Shown piece after piece: positions 23,210 through 36,234 of a stretch of DNA of 64,000 nt. The stretch lies in NCBI RefSeq assembly GCF_020745735.1, contig NC_083435.1, forward strand, positions 38,651,090-38,715,089. Reading direction: 5' to 3'. The position numbers were made by a program, and so were the translations under genes. Below the pieces are notes generated by a model. It did not search any database. It saw nothing but the letters and a program-made list of their open reading frames with translations, and was not told where the DNA came from. This stretch comes from Hemiscyllium ocellatum. Lineage: Eukaryota. How positions within the stretch are numbered: position 1 is the stretch's first letter; each line of letters starts with the position of its first letter.

Positions 23210-25879
23210 CTTTGGGACTGTAAATCAGGCTCTGTATTTTCCTATCAAAACAAAATGTGCAAAAAGCAGGCTTTCTGTACTGAATTTTGGACTGAGTCCA
23301 GTTTGTGGAGTGTGCCCTTCATGTGGATTTACCCATGGTAAAGCTGAGCTATCCCAGGGTGGAGAGACTGTCAGCCACTGATTCTGTGTGCAATGCAGGT
23401 CCAATACATGAAGCAATATTGATCACTTGCCTGTGTGTAACCTTGACTAATTTAACATCACTTACCAAACTACTTCCTTGCTTTTGGCCAAGTATAGATT
23501 TGGTACAAATCCATAGCAGCTGGACTGAAGTGGAGTATCTGCTGTTGGAAAGGGCTTAGAGTCTTCCTTTAGGATTACAATCATTAACCCCTGCGATTAA
23601 GATACAGTTGCCCAAATTCCAGCTCTTTTAATACCATTTTATTACAAGCACAAATCAAGGCATCTCAGTCAAAAGTAAGAAATCCTGTGCAGAGTGAAGC
23701 ATCATTTAAATAATGATGTTTGAAGGTTAGACAGTGACCAAAACACCTTCAACTAACCAGAGGGCTGTCTGCTCAGACTGACACCAGCAATATACCAGAA
23801 CAACCTGTTATCCAAACAAGATCTCAAGGTCCTGATGCTTGGGTAATCTGTTATCTGAGCATTCAATTATCTAAACAGAATACTTCCCACCCATGATGTT
23901 CAGATAATTGAGGTTGCCCTGTCAGTTAAAATAGCCATCCCTGTTTGTTTTCAGTACCTGCATACATGAATTGAATGTTTCTAACTCTCCAGTTAATTTC
24001 AGGTGAAGAAACTTCCATTGGAAGAGCACTCAATAAAAATCTGACTGGCTTGTTCCAGCCTGTATGACTAAGAAGTTACTGAATAACATGTCCATCTCTC
24101 CGTAAATATAACCTGGATGCTTATTGTAGTCAGGCATCCTATATCATTGGCCTACAATTTTCTACATGCACGCTGGCAGCACAGTTCTAATTCAATGTCA
24201 CTCCTCTGACCCTGACTGTCAAATCCATGGATGAACAAATCTCCTCCAATTAAACACTGACAATACTGAATCCATGGTATTTGAATCCCACTGCTATCTC
24301 TATTCTCTGTTCCGGAAGAACCTTACTAAGATGCTAGTAGTATTAAAATTGAACCACATTACTTTCTTTCCCCCCCCCCCCCCCCCCTTCCAAATTTCTT
24401 GCTTAGATCTTTATCTCTGATTCTGACCTCTCGTCAATCACCAGTTTTTGGTTGGTCACTGCTTTAGCTGTGCTGGTCTGACTTCATGTTGCCTCCTTTA
24501 AAGCTGTCTCTGTTTTACTCCTTAAACCTACTTTGACCTGATGGCTGGTCAAATATGTAGCTAGGGAGATTTTTTTGAAGATTAAATACAAAAAGTTGCA
24601 TTGTCTTTCTGATCATTCCATTTTTCTTCCCCCAACCTCATGCAGTTTGATTTTAGAGTTCTTGTCTCTCTCCAGAGCCTCTTCCCAATGTCTTGCAACA
24701 TCCTTCAGCTGTGTACCCTAGTTGCTTACCCTTCCTTACTATCTGATTCCATCAAGGACTGGCTGGCATTCTCCCTGCTTCCTCAATTCTTATACTTTAT
24801 TCTCACTGGGTCTACCCCCTTTTATAAGTTAGCTTAGTGGCAATAGCCCAGTACTGGTCCTATCAATTCACTGGATAAAGGAACTAACTGCATTATAGTG
24901 ACACTTGCTGACAATGCAAAGATGATGGGATACAAATAGCCTACAAAGGGATACAGCGATTCAGTGAGTGAGCCATCAGCTGGCTGATGGAGTACAATGA
25001 GGGGTCTGCTTTGACAAGGAAAATGGAAAGGCAGGATATTGTTGGAGCAAGATTACAGAACTCAGTAACATATGGGGATCCTGGTACATGAGTCAAAAAG
25101 AACAGGTAATGGCTAATTAGGAAGGTGTACACTGATGGCCTTAATTGCAAAGAGGATGGAATGTAATTATAAGGGTGTCTTGACACAATTGTACAAGATA
25201 ATGGTGAGACTACACCTAGTCTTAATGGGGTATGAACTCTTTTCTTTGAAGTAGTTGTCCTTTGAGGAAAGTTTGAGCAGATTAGATCTGTATTCTGGAG
25301 TTTAGAAGAGCTGTTGCTTTTTGTAATTCTCTTTCAAAGCCAGCAATGGGGCAGGGTCATTTGAACCTGCCCCAAAAACGAAGCCACAATCAGATTGTAC
25401 ATGGTCATACTGAATGGCAGAGCAGATTGCAAATAGCCCTTTCCTGCTCTTGGTTATAGTCCAACAGGTCACTCCGAAAGCTAGTGCTTCCAATTAAACC
25501 TGTTGGACTATAACCTGGTGTTGTGATTTTTAACTTTGTACACCCCCAGTCCAACACCAGCATCTCCAATCTTTCCTGCTCTTAATTGGTTTGAGTTTCA
25601 CCCTTGGTCTGGGTGCTCAGCATAATCTGTTGTCAGAGACATGTCTGCAGGTAAGCTCTCGATAGAGGTAAGAAATAGGAGAACAAGAATGCATTATTGG
25701 AAAGTGCCAGAAATAAGGGACAGGAACAGCAGTTGGGAAGGTTCCTCAGGACAAGTATATTTTGGATGAACTGAGATTTTGAAGGTGGAGGATGGAGAGC
25801 AGTGAAACACTCCAATCTGATGAAAGCATAGATGAGGTTTTCAGTGGCAGATGAGCAAGTATTGTTAGTTAGATGCAGT

Positions 25880-26950
25880 CATGATTTGGACACTGACACC
25901 ACTATTACATGTAGGGACACCTCCCACCTTGTACATGGCATGTACTCATCTGACTCAGACAACGTTGTCTATCTCATACGCTGCATGCAAGGTTGCCCTG
26001 AGGCATGGTACACTGGTGAGACTGAGCAGAGGCTACAGCAACAGATGAATGGACACTACACAAAAATCAACAGACTGAAGTGTTCTCTCCTAGTCGGAGA
26101 ACGCATCAGCAGTCCGGGATATTCGAACTCAGACCTTTGGGTGACCGTCCTCCAAGGCAAACTTTGGGACAGGCAACAACGAAAAGTGTCTGAGCAGAGG
26201 CTGATAGCCACGTTTGTTACCAATGGGGAGGGTCTCAACCGGGACTCTGGGTTCATACCACACTATAGGTGACTTAGCTGCACTACACATACAGATATTC
26301 CTGCAGACATATACTTTGACAGACACACACTCTCCCACAGATACATTCACTCCTACAGACCCATAACTCTCACAGACCCTCTTCTCATAAGTTCTTTATC
26401 ATATGCTCACATATACACTCCCACACTCATATGTGCACACGCACCCTCTCTCAGAATTAAACCCCATTACACTCACTCACACACATACACACACATGCAT
26501 ATGTACACATATAAGTTTTTGGGGTGAATTTTTACTTGTGGAATTAATTTTCGTTTGCTGTTTTTTAGATGAGAATCAGTCTGACCATTGTGGCACAGTC
26601 TCGCACAGGGCACCTCACACCTTCAATGCATTATCTGGATCAACATGACACTAATTGTTAAAGTTCACTTGAGAATGCAACTTTTTTTTTAAAAGTTTTG
26701 CGATTTACATATGAAAGAACTGAAACCAACATGGTCATTCTAAAAGGTGTGAGACTTAACAAATAATCCAGGCCTTTTTCAATATATAATTTCAGTTACA
26801 TCACACTGTAATCTTTTGCTATAAATTCTGTGTCTTACAATCTTATTCTCTACAACCACCTGATGAAGGAGCAACACTCCGAAAGCTAGTGCTTCCAAAT
26901 GAACCTGCTGGACTATGACCTGGTGTTGTGTGGTTTTTAACTTAGTTAGA
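25880..26950 (+). mobile_element. Penelope-like element 3' part: GIY-YIG endonuclease relic plus pLTR
   Basis: NVVYLIRCMQGCPEAWYTGETEQRLQQQMNGH, followed by a CA-rich tract and a pLTR with a hammerhead. Confidence 0.9.
26857..26891 (+). ncRNA. Minimal hammerhead ribozyme motif (CUA family)
   Basis: cac-CTGATGA-a-ggagc aac actcc-GAAA-gc-TA-gtg. Confidence 0.7.
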
Positions 26951-27029
26951 TGCAGCCAGTCTTTATAAATCTCATTCTCTCCATTATTTTGTGTTTCTGA
27001 TCACCATCAGACTTCTCAAAAGGCTTTAT

Positions 27030-27300
27030 AACCAAAGGAGCAGTTTTGAAATGTGTCACTTATGTTGTAGGAAACCCTGAAACCAATTTGCACTTGGCAA
27101 ACTCCCACAAATAGCAATGTGAGCATAGCCTGATAGTGTTTTGTTTCATCTTGATGGGGATAACACCGAGAATTACATTTGCTGTTTATTTTTGAGGTAG
27201 TGCGTCAGGAATCTTTACATTCACTTGGGGCCAGACGTTAAAATCTCATCCAAAAGGCAGATCCTTTACCTCCTTCACCACTCCACTGGTGTGTCTTTTT
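27030..27300 (-). mobile_element. Deu-domain / SacSINE1-like SINE fragment
   Basis: ccaatttgcac...actcccacaaatagcaatgtg...ggggccagacgttaaaatctcatccaaaaggcag. Family name is from recall. Confidence 0.55.
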
Positions 27301-28057
27301 TACTGATATTCTGGAATCAAACTTTAATGTAAACGTACGAACAACTGGGTCACCCAGATACTCAACACAGGACCACAAACAATCCTGTTCAACCTGAGAC
27401 CATAGTCAGGGAAGGGAACAAAATTGGTGACAAGTCCAGGAATTGTGTTCAAGACCAAGAATCAATATCTTTGATCTTTCCAATATGTAACAGGAGGAAA
27501 TTGTTACTGATCCAGAAATGTCTATTGGAGAAACAGTCTAATAAATGAATCAGCAGTAATGGATCAAGAGAGATGTCAGATATAGATTTTTGTGTTATAT
27601 GTTTGTTGAAACTAATTCCATACTCAAAGATAAAGTTTGGAGAGACAATAAAAGACAGGTTCTTCGGGGATTCTCAGTGAGTATAGGTCAGTAACAATGT
27701 GCTAAGATCAGACTGGGTCTGTGACCAGACAGGCAAGAGTGAACCAAGTGAGTGAACACTCTGAGCTGGTGATCAGATAAGAAGTGTTGGAGCAGGACTG
27801 TTCAATTAACTGTGATAAAGGCGATAATGTGCAATATTGCAGCCCAGTCACAGAGGATGTGGGTCATTTCAGTATTGTGGCAGGGCAGAACTGGAATTGG
27901 AGAAATGGTGGACCAGAATTTGGGAAATTATAACACATTGAGCAATTTGAAAGAGAAAGGGAAGGTGTGATTATGGGGTACTGGTTTTGTTACTAGGAGG
28001 ATAGTAACAGCAGCATTTTAAGGAAGGAGAATTATTATATTAGTTGATATGGCCTCT

Positions 28058-28640
28058 ATATTGGGGAGACGGGCCGCTTACTTGCTGAACGCTTCAGAGA
28101 ACACCTCCGGGCCGCCCGAACCAACCAACCCAATCACCCCGTGGCTCAACACTTTAACTCTCCCTCCCACTCCACCGAGGACATGCAGGTCCTTGGACTC
28201 CTCCACCGGCAGAACATAACTACACGACGGCTGGAGGAGGAGCGCCTCATCTTCCGCCTGGGAACCCTCCAACCACAAGGTATGAATTCAGATTTCTCCA
28301 GTTTCCTCATCTCCCCTCCCCCCACCTTGTCTCAGTCGGTTTCCTCTAACTCAGCACCGCCCTCCTAATCTGCAATCCTCTTCCTGACCTCTCCGCCCCC
28401 ACCCCACTCCAGCCTATCACCCTCACCTTGACCTCCTTTCACCTATCCCACCTCCATCGCCCCTCCCCCTAGTCCCTCCTCCCTACCTTTTATCTTAGCC
28501 TGCTTGGCTCTCTCTCTCTTATTCCTGATGAAGGGCTTATGCTCGAAACGTCGAATTCTCTATTCCTGAGATGCTGCCTGGCCTGCGGTGCTTTGACCAG
28601 CAACACATTTGCAGCTGTGATCTCCAGCATCTGCAGACCT
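28058..28640 (+). mobile_element. Penelope-like element 3' part (second family): GIY-YIG C-terminus plus pLTR
   Basis: IGETGRLLAERFREHLRAARTNQPNHPVAQHFNSPSHS...LIFRLGTLQPQGMN. Confidence 0.9.
28521..28556 (+). ncRNA. Minimal hammerhead ribozyme motif (GUC family)
   Basis: attc-CTGATGA-a-gggc ttat gctc-GAAA-cg-TC-gaat: stem I attc/gaat, palindromic ACGU, GUC cleavage triplet. Confidence 0.8.
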
Positions 28641-29089
28641 CATTTTTTACTCGAAGGAACTCATATGGTCAGCAGTTTAATGGAATGGGGTCATACGAAC
28701 AAAAATTGGATCTCATGTTTAAGATAAACTTGAAGAAAAGTTTAGAGCAAATAGGAGAGTGTCTATAGAAGTCTACATACGGAGGGCTGGGGGAGGGGCA
28801 TTAGCTGGTAGGTCAGAGGGCAGGTGGGAAGTGGCAGAGGCAGTATTGACAAAGAATCCATAAGTACCTTACACTTCAGTTCTGAAGACGTGTCACCGAC
28901 GCCCTGTACAGTTGTAACAAGACTTCCCTACTTGTACACTGCAACAAACTCCAAATCCTGAACAATAAAGGTCAAAATCTCATTTGCCTTCTTCATTACT
29001 TGCTGTACCTGTAAGCTAACATTTGGTGTTTGATGCACAAGATTGCCCAGATTGCTCTGTTACTGCACATTTTTGGCGTCTCTTTACAT

Positions 29090-30565
29090 TTAATAACATG
29101 TACAAACTGTCCCTCAGGATTCCCAAGTTGGCAAACGTGGTGCCACTGTTTAAGAAGGGCGGTAAAGACAAGCCAGGGAACTATTGACCAGTGAGCCTGA
29201 CCTCGGTGGTGGGCAAGTTGTTGGAGGGAATCCTGAGGGAAAGGATGTACATGTATTTGGAATGGCAAGGACTGATTCGGGATAGTCAACATGGCTTTGT
29301 GGATGGGAAATCATGTCTCACAAACTTGATTGAGTTTTTTGAAGAGGTAACAAAGAGGATTGATATGGGGAGAGCAGTAGATGTGATCCATATGGACTTC
29401 AGTAAGGCGTTTGAAAGGTCCCCCATGGGAGACTGATTAGCAAGGTTAGATCTCATGAAATACAGGGAGAACTAGCCATTTGGATACTGAACTGGCTCAA
29501 AGGTAGAAGACAGAAGGTGGTGGTGGAGGGTTGTTTATCAGACTGGAGGCCTGTGACCAGTGGAGTGCCACGAGGATCAGTGCTGGGTCCTCTACTTTTT
29601 GTCATTTACATAAATGATTTGGATACGAGCATAAGAGGTATAGTTAGTAAGTTTGCAGATGACACCAAAATTGGAGGTGTCGTGGACAGCGAAGAGGGTT
29701 ACCTAGATTACAATGACATCTTGACCAGATGAGCCAATGGGCTGAGGAGTGGCTGGTGGAGTTTAATTCAGATAAATGCAAGGTGTTGCATTTTGGGAAA
29801 GCAAATCTTAGCAGGACTTATACACTTAATTGTAAGGTCCTAGGGAGTGTTGCTGAACAAAGAGACCTTGGAGTACAGGTTCATAGCTCCTTGAAAGTGG
29901 AGTCACAGGTAGCTAGGATAGTGAAGATGGCATTTGGTATGCTTTCCTTTATTGGTCAGAGTATTGAGTACAGGAATGGGAGGTCATGTTGCGGCTGTAC
30001 AGGACATTGGTTAAGCCACTGTTGGAATATTGTGCGCAATTCTGGTCTCCTTCCTATCGGAAAGACGTGAAACCTGAAAGGGTTCAGAAAAGATTTACTA
30101 GGATGTTGCCAGGGTTGGAGGATTTGAGCTACAGGGAGAGGCTGAACAGGCTGGGGCTGTCTTCCCTGGAGTGTCGGAGGCTGAAGGGTGACCTTATAGA
30201 GGTTTGCAAAGTTATGAGGGGCATGGATAGGATAAATAGACAAAGTCTTTTCCCTGGGGTGAGGGAGTCCAGAACTAGAGGACATAGGTTTAGGTTGAGA
30301 GGGGAAAGATATAAGAGAGATCTAAGGGGCAACTTTTTCACGCAGAGGGTGGTACATGTTCGGAATGAGCTGCCAGAGGATGTGGTGGAGGCTGGTACAA
30401 TTGCAACATTTAAGAGGCATTCGGATGGGTATATGAATAGGAAGGGTTTGGAGGGATATGGGCCGGGTCCTGGTAGGTGGCACTAGATTGGGTTGGGATA
30501 TCTGGTCGGCATGGACAGGTTGAACCGAAGGGTCTGTTTCCATGCTGTACATCTCTGACTCTAAT
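29090..30565 (+). mobile_element. CR1 LINE, 5'-truncated with a short 5' inversion
   Basis: RT pieces PRGSVLGP and FADD plus the CR1 tail. tgtccctcaggattccc at about 29108 is the inverse of gggaatcctgaggga at about 29226. Confidence 0.93.
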
Positions 30566-30569
30566 AGCC

Positions 30570-31300
30570 TTTTGAGTTTTCCTACCAAAGTGCATGACCT
30601 CACACTTTCCTACATTAAACTCCATTTTGCCAATTATTCACTCACTCACTCAACCTACCCCTAACTCCTTGCAGCTTCTTTATATCCTCATTACAGCAGG
30701 GTCTGCCATCTACTTCTGTATCATCAGCAAATATGGCTACATTACACTCTGCCCCTCCAGCAAATCATTAGTATAAATAGTAAATAATTGAGGCCCTCAG
30801 ACTGACCCTAATGGCATGCACTTGCTCTGTCTTTCCATCCTGAAAAAGACCCATTTGTTCCAACTATGTCTTATCTGTGTTAATTATTTCTCAGTCCATG
30901 CCAACACATTATCCCCGGGGCATGAGCTCCACTCTTAAACAGTAACCTTTCATGTAGCATCTTGTCAACTACCTTCTGGGAATCCAAACACCAGTTTCCC
31001 TTTAACAACTATGCTTGTTATATCCTCTAACATCTAAGCAAATTAATCAAATATGATTACCCTTTCACAAAACCATGCTAACTCTGTCTGACTGCATTAA
31101 GCTTTTTGAAATAGCCTTCTATGTTTTTCTTTAAAATGAACTCTGCATTTTCCCCATGACAGAGGTTAGTCTGACTGGACTATAGATTCCTGCTTTCTGT
31201 CTCCCCCATTTCTTGAACAGGGACATCACATGAGTGGTATTCCCATCCAGCCAGTTCTGGAATACTTTAGCCCAGTGCTTCCACTATCTCTGCAGCCACC
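30570..31300 (-). mobile_element. Old antisense CR1 fragment
   Basis: ORF 30410-30625 begins MEFNVGKCEVMHFGRK, and further remnants such as cctagttagtctgac-like RPVSL are present. Confidence 0.7.
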
Positions 31301-31409
31301 TCCTTTAAAACCTAGGCTCATAAGGGTTTAATTAGAGATTGTCTCATCTGCAGGACTCATGGGAAAGGCAACTTCAGGAGTGGTGGACATCAGAAGAGAG
31401 AGGACTGAC

Positions 31410-31825
31410 TGAGAGAAAGTGAGGACTGCAGATGTTGGAGATCAGAGCTGAGATGCGGTGCTGGAAAAGCGCAGCAGGTCAGGCATCCACAGGGGATGAA
31501 TGCGGATTTCTCCAGCTTCATTTCCCCTCCTCCTACCTTATCTCAGTCCCAACCCTCGGACTCAGCACTGCCTTCTTGACCTGCAATCTTCTTCCCAACC
31601 TCTCCGTCCCCACCTCCTCTCCGGCCTATTGCCCTCACCTTTTAATTCCTTCCACCTAGCGCATTCCCAACACCCCTCCCCCAAGTTCCTCCTCCCTACT
31701 TTTATCTTAGCCTGCTTAGCACACATTCCTCATTCCTGAAGAAGGGCTTATGCCCGAAACGTCGAATCTCCTGCTCCTTGGATGCTGCCTGACCTGCTGC
31801 GCTTTTTCAGCAACACATTTTTCAG
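31410..31825 (+). mobile_element. Penelope-like pLTR / 3' fragment with an inverted 5' piece
   Basis: gagaaagtgaggactgcagatg... then ccctcctccctacttttatcttagcc...gatgctgcctgacctgctg. Confidence 0.82.
31732..31767 (+). ncRNA. Minimal hammerhead ribozyme motif (GUC family), fully paired
   Basis: attc-CTGAAGA-a-gggc ttat gccc-GAAA-cg-TC-gaat. Confidence 0.8.
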
Positions 31826-32477
31826 AGGATTGACTGAATTGAGATAGTGGTTTGAAACACTCTGGATAAAGTATCAGTGCAGATACTGAAAGTGCATTGA
31901 GGAAACTTCAGAGAAACAAACTCAAGGTGGGGTTTGGAGGTGGTGCAGCCAACAACACTGACTTTATAACAGAGCTGGGAGGAAGGGGTGGTGGAATATG
32001 TTGAGGAACTCAAAGGAAAAGTTATACCAGAGGAACTGAGAAAAGATAAAGATGGTTAGGTGATAAGGGACACATTGCCACTGTGGTGGCCTGTGCACAG
32101 CAGGTGGTGGAACCTCTGGGCAGATGAAGAGGTTTTATTAAGAGAAAACCTATGCTATGTATAAGCCACGTTTTCCCCAAAGCCATGATATCAATTAAAT
32201 CCTCCTCAATATCTTTTACAATTTATTCCGAAGTAACCAAATATGCTGGAGGGAGATGTGGAGGAGAGCAGTGTATGCTGTGTCAATGGTGGGTTGGGAA
32301 GGCAGGGGAAAGCAGGTAAGGAAATCCCCACTGGACTGGAATGTGAAGGGAAGGGGCAATTAGGCAACATTCAATGTAAATCAGTGACAATATGCAGCAT
32401 CAACAACCTGACACAACTCTGACATTAGGCTTTAACTGCAAAAGCACATTTAGTGCAAGATGCAGAACCTTCCCTGC

Positions 32478-32517
32478 CGCGCGCGCGCGTACACACACAC
32501 ACACACACACACACACA
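32478..32517. repeat. (CG)6 followed by a (CA)n alternating purine-pyrimidine tract
   Basis: cgcgcgcgcgcgtacacacac... Confidence 0.95.
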
Positions 32518-32679
32518 GATGTGATTTCTAATCCTCTTTCTTTGGAATGAGGAAGTGAAAATGAGATAAAACAGGAAATTTGGTCCAACGCATGAGAATC
32601 TTCCAAACAACATTACATTCATGTCCAACTAAAGAAATAATTCTTGTCTGTTTGTGATAGAATAACACATTCACTGTCA

Positions 32680-33455
32680 TGATGTGGAGGTGCCAGTGTT
32701 GGGCTGGGGTGGACAAAATCAGAATTCTAAGACACCAAGTCATAGTCCAACTGGTTTATTTGAAATCACAAGCTTTCAGAGCATTGTCACTTTGTCAAGT
32801 GAAGTCTTTGCAGGTGATCAAAAATGTTAGATGGTGTGAGTAACGTGTCAATTGCTGAATAACAAGGGAAGGAATGACCTATAATCCAATTAAAGAGGCA
32901 GTGGGATAATTACAAAATGAATAAAACCAAGGTGGTTCTGGAGATAAACCAAATATCTGGAATAACATGGTAGTATCAGAGTACATGCCGAGAGTCAAAC
33001 CAAAATAATAAGTAATCCAAAACTGCACAAACTAACCAAATCATCCCCACAATCTTATTCAGAAGTAACCAGATATTCTGGAGGAGGGCAGTGAGTGTTG
33101 TGTAAGGTAGAGAAATCATAACAATTTATTAAGGTGATGGTGCCAATACAATAAGGGCGATTTTACAGACATAGAACAGTGAGGTGGGGTGGGGTCACAT
33201 GTAACATGACATGAACCCTAGGTCATGGTTGAGGCTGTCTCCATGGGTATGGAACTTGGCTATCAGTTTCTGCTTGGCGATACTGGGTTGTTGTGTATCT
33301 TGAAGGCCACCTTTGAGGACATTTACTCGAAGATCAGAGGCTGAATGTCCCTAACCACTGAAGTGTCCCCCACTGGCAGGGAACATTCCTGTTGAGCAAT
33401 TGTTGCGCAGTGTCCATTCATCCGTTGTCATAGCGTCTGCTTGGTCGCCAAATAC
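32680..33455 (-). mobile_element. Degenerate Penelope-like element (GIY-YIG region plus pLTR)
   Basis: tgtccattcatccgttgtc...ggctatcagtttctgc...caccaagtcatagtccaactggtttatttg. Confidence 0.75.
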
Positions 33456-33764
33456 ACAATGCCAGTGGGTATCAGTTACTAACAGCCTGCCACGTATAAC
33501 AATTCAGAAACAGTAACCTCCATTGGTTAATGGATGGTAACTCATCTCCAGTAATACCGGATTGGAATAAACTGGAGGAACGTCACCATTAATATCCTTC
33601 AAACTGTGATAAAGGGAGAATAATTGCTGCAAAAATTATTGATCGTCATCTCTTTTTAATTTTGCTGAAACATGAGATCCTGAGGGCACTGCATTGGGTA
33701 GATATCAGGTCAATGTTTCTTCTCATGGTGGACACTTGAACTAGGAGACTGAGAAACCTTCCTT

Positions 33765-34000
33765 TCAAGACAAAGTCAATAAAACATTCATCTTGGGCCA
33801 AGAGCAGAAAATGGCACTGATAGAGTCATCAATGTACTGGAAAAGAGTGGGGGGGGGGGGGGGTGCATAAGAACAGGAAACACTCCAGATATCCCACAAA
33901 AAGGCAGGTACCCAGGCAACACCTTTGTTTGGAGGGGCCGAGTGGAGTTGGGAGATAAGTTGCTCAGCAGAGAACAAAGTCAGATAGGCAGGATGGCACA
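33765..34000 (-). mobile_element. Penelope-like RT relic (YIDD region)
   Basis: KGVAW... LFQYIDDSISAIFCS. Confidence 0.7.
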
Positions 34001-34336
34001 TGAGAAGTTTATTAAGATGTAAGTGTGGTTACAGTATACTGAGAAACACAGCATGCAAAGGTCGTTTCACTCAGGTTCCAATACACAGGGTGGGGGAAGG
34101 GCCTGACTGGAAAATCCCCAACCAAAAGCAGCAAACAGACAGGCCCACCCCAGCGCCTCAATCTGCCAAGTGTCATTAATTTTATAGAGAGAAACATGCT
34201 CCAACCATTGAAATTACACAGCTATAATGTGTCATCAGTTGCCAGGCAGAACGTCTTTGTGAAGGTTGTATTTGGATTCTCAAGGTTAAAAATCACACAA
34301 CACCAGGTTATAGTCCAACAGGTTTAATTGGAAGCA

Positions 34337-34371
34337 CACTAGCTTTCGGAGCGATGCTCCTTCATCAGGTG
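34337..34371 (-). ncRNA. Minimal hammerhead ribozyme motif (CUA family)
   Basis: Reverse complement: cac-CTGATGA-a-ggagc atc gctcc-GAAA-gc-TA-gtg. Confidence 0.75.
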
Positions 34372-35098
34372 ATAGTGAAGGGCTCAATCGGAACACAGAA
34401 TTTATAGCAAAAATTTGCAGTGTGATGTAACTGAAATTATACATTGAAAAATTGATTGTCTGTTAAGCCTTTCATCTGTTAGAATACAGTGATAGTTTCA
34501 CTTCTTTCATGTGTAAATCACAAAACCCTTCTTTTTAAAGTTGCATTCTCGGGTTAGCTGTTAACAATGGTGATACTGGACAATATGTTGAAGGTGTTGG
34601 CCCCCTGTGTTCTCTGTCTATGACCTGATGTTTAGATTAGAATTAATCTAAAAAGTGAGGTAACAGAGTTTTACATAAATTCATGCAGTTTTTGAGCTCA
34701 AAGTTCTTCTACGTAGAACTCTGGGCTCAAAAACTGCATGAATTTATGTAAAACTCTGTTACCTCACTACTTAGATTAGGTTCAATCTAAACATCATGGC
34801 ATAGACAGAGATTCTGGATTAGTGGAGCTGGAAGAGCACAGCAGCTCAGGTAGCATCCAAGAACACAGGGGGCTAACACCTTCAACATATTGTCTAACTA
34901 TCACCATTGTTAGCAGCTAACCCGAGAATGCAACTTTTAAAAAAAGGTTTTGTGATTTACACATTAAAGTGAAACTATCACTGTATTCTAACAGATGAAA
35001 GGCTTAACAGACAATCAATTTTTCAATGTATAATTTCAGTTACATCACGCTGCAAATTTTTGCTATAAATTCTGTGTTACGATCGAGCCCTCCACAGT

Positions 35099-35133
35099 CA
35101 CCTGATGAAGGAGCGTCGCTCTGAAAGCTAGTG
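35099..35133 (+). ncRNA. Minimal hammerhead ribozyme motif (CUA family)
   Basis: cac-CTGATGA-a-ggagc gtc gctct-GAAA-gc-TA-gtg, with G.U at the base of stem II. Confidence 0.65.
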
Positions 35134-35739
35134 TGCTTCCAATTAAACCTGTTGGACTATAACCTGGTGTTGTGTGATTTTTAACTTTGTACATCCCAGT
35201 CCAACACCGGCATCTTCAAATCTTGGATACTCAAGATTACAACATCAGCATAGTCTGTAGAGAGTGATTATTTTGTTCCAGATTACTGACTCTAAAACTG
35301 TCCTTAAGGCTGATTGAATGTCCTGAAATGGTCACATTTATCAGTGCACCTCCTTTCTAAACATTCCTCCAATCCATCGGTACCACTGCAATAACCCTTA
35401 GTTATTCACGTGTTACTGATACATCTGGCCATCACACAACACCAGGTTATGGTCCAACAGGTTTGTTTGGAATGACAAGCTTTCAGAGGCTACTTTGTCA
35501 GGTAGGATCATAGGACACAGAATTGATCCTGTCCCACTAGGTTACTTGACAAAGGAGCAGCGCTCTGAAAGCTAGTGCTTCCAATTGAACCTGTTAGACT
35601 ATAACCTGTGATTTTTTTTAGCTTTGTCCACCCAGTTCAACACTGGCTCCTCCACATCTGCCATCACAGCATTGGTCAGAGTGAGCAAAGTATAGTTCTT
35701 GTAAAAATGAATCCCAATTTTGCACTGAACATATCATTT

Positions 35740-36110
35740 ATCGTTGCCGTGGATCTGTTCGCCGAGCTGGGAATTTGTGTTGCAGACGTTTCGTCCCCTG
35801 TCTAGGTGACATCCTCAGTACTTGGGAGCCTCCTGTGAAGCGCTTCTGTGATCTTTCCTCTGGCATTTACAGTGGTTTGTCTCTGCCACTTCCAGTTGTC
35901 AGTTCCAGCTGTCCATTGCAGTGGCCGGTATATTGGGTCCAAGTCGATGTGTTTGTTGATAGTATCTGTGGATGGGTGCCATGCCTCTAGGAATTCCCTG
36001 GCTGTTCTCTGTTTGGCTGGTCCTATAGTAGTAGGGTTGTCCCAGTCAAACTCATGTTGTTTGTCATTTATCGTGTTGTGAGGCACAACAACCAGACTAC
36101 ATGGAATCAA
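35740..36110 (-). mobile_element. Penelope-like element 3' end (third family)
   Basis: HEFDWDNPTTIG...REFLEAWH...INKHIDLDPIY, followed by a hammerhead. Confidence 0.85.
35782..35821 (-). ncRNA. Minimal hammerhead ribozyme motif (third family, GUC)
   Basis: Reverse complement: gta-CTGAGGA-t-gtc acctagacaggg gac-GAAA-cg-TC-tgc. Confidence 0.7.
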
Positions 36111-36234
36111 TCAATAATAGTTTCAAGAACTCAAAACTGAGCAAAAATGAAGTTCTGGACACCATTAACTGTAGCAGAAGCTCGAACAAAGCACTGTCAA
36201 ACATCAGGAGCAACATGCAACAGACAGAATTAAG

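Larger units (their letters stand above)
34283..35222. mobile_element. Large inverted duplication of the Penelope-like pLTR (~430-500-bp arms)
   Basis: Arms are mutual reverse complements centred on TCTACGTAGA (34708-34717). The right arm carries a ~50-bp insert at about 34811-34862. Confidence 0.9.

Noticed and set aside
25302-25493. ORF ending LKENYKKQQLF as a class II alpha TM/cytoplasmic exon
   Set aside because: No hydrophobic TM stretch, and the DNA resembles a decayed CR1 3' tail
34012-34197. Hydrophobic minus-strand frames as an alpha TM exon
   Set aside because: No CxxGxxxGxxG motif or usable splice sites
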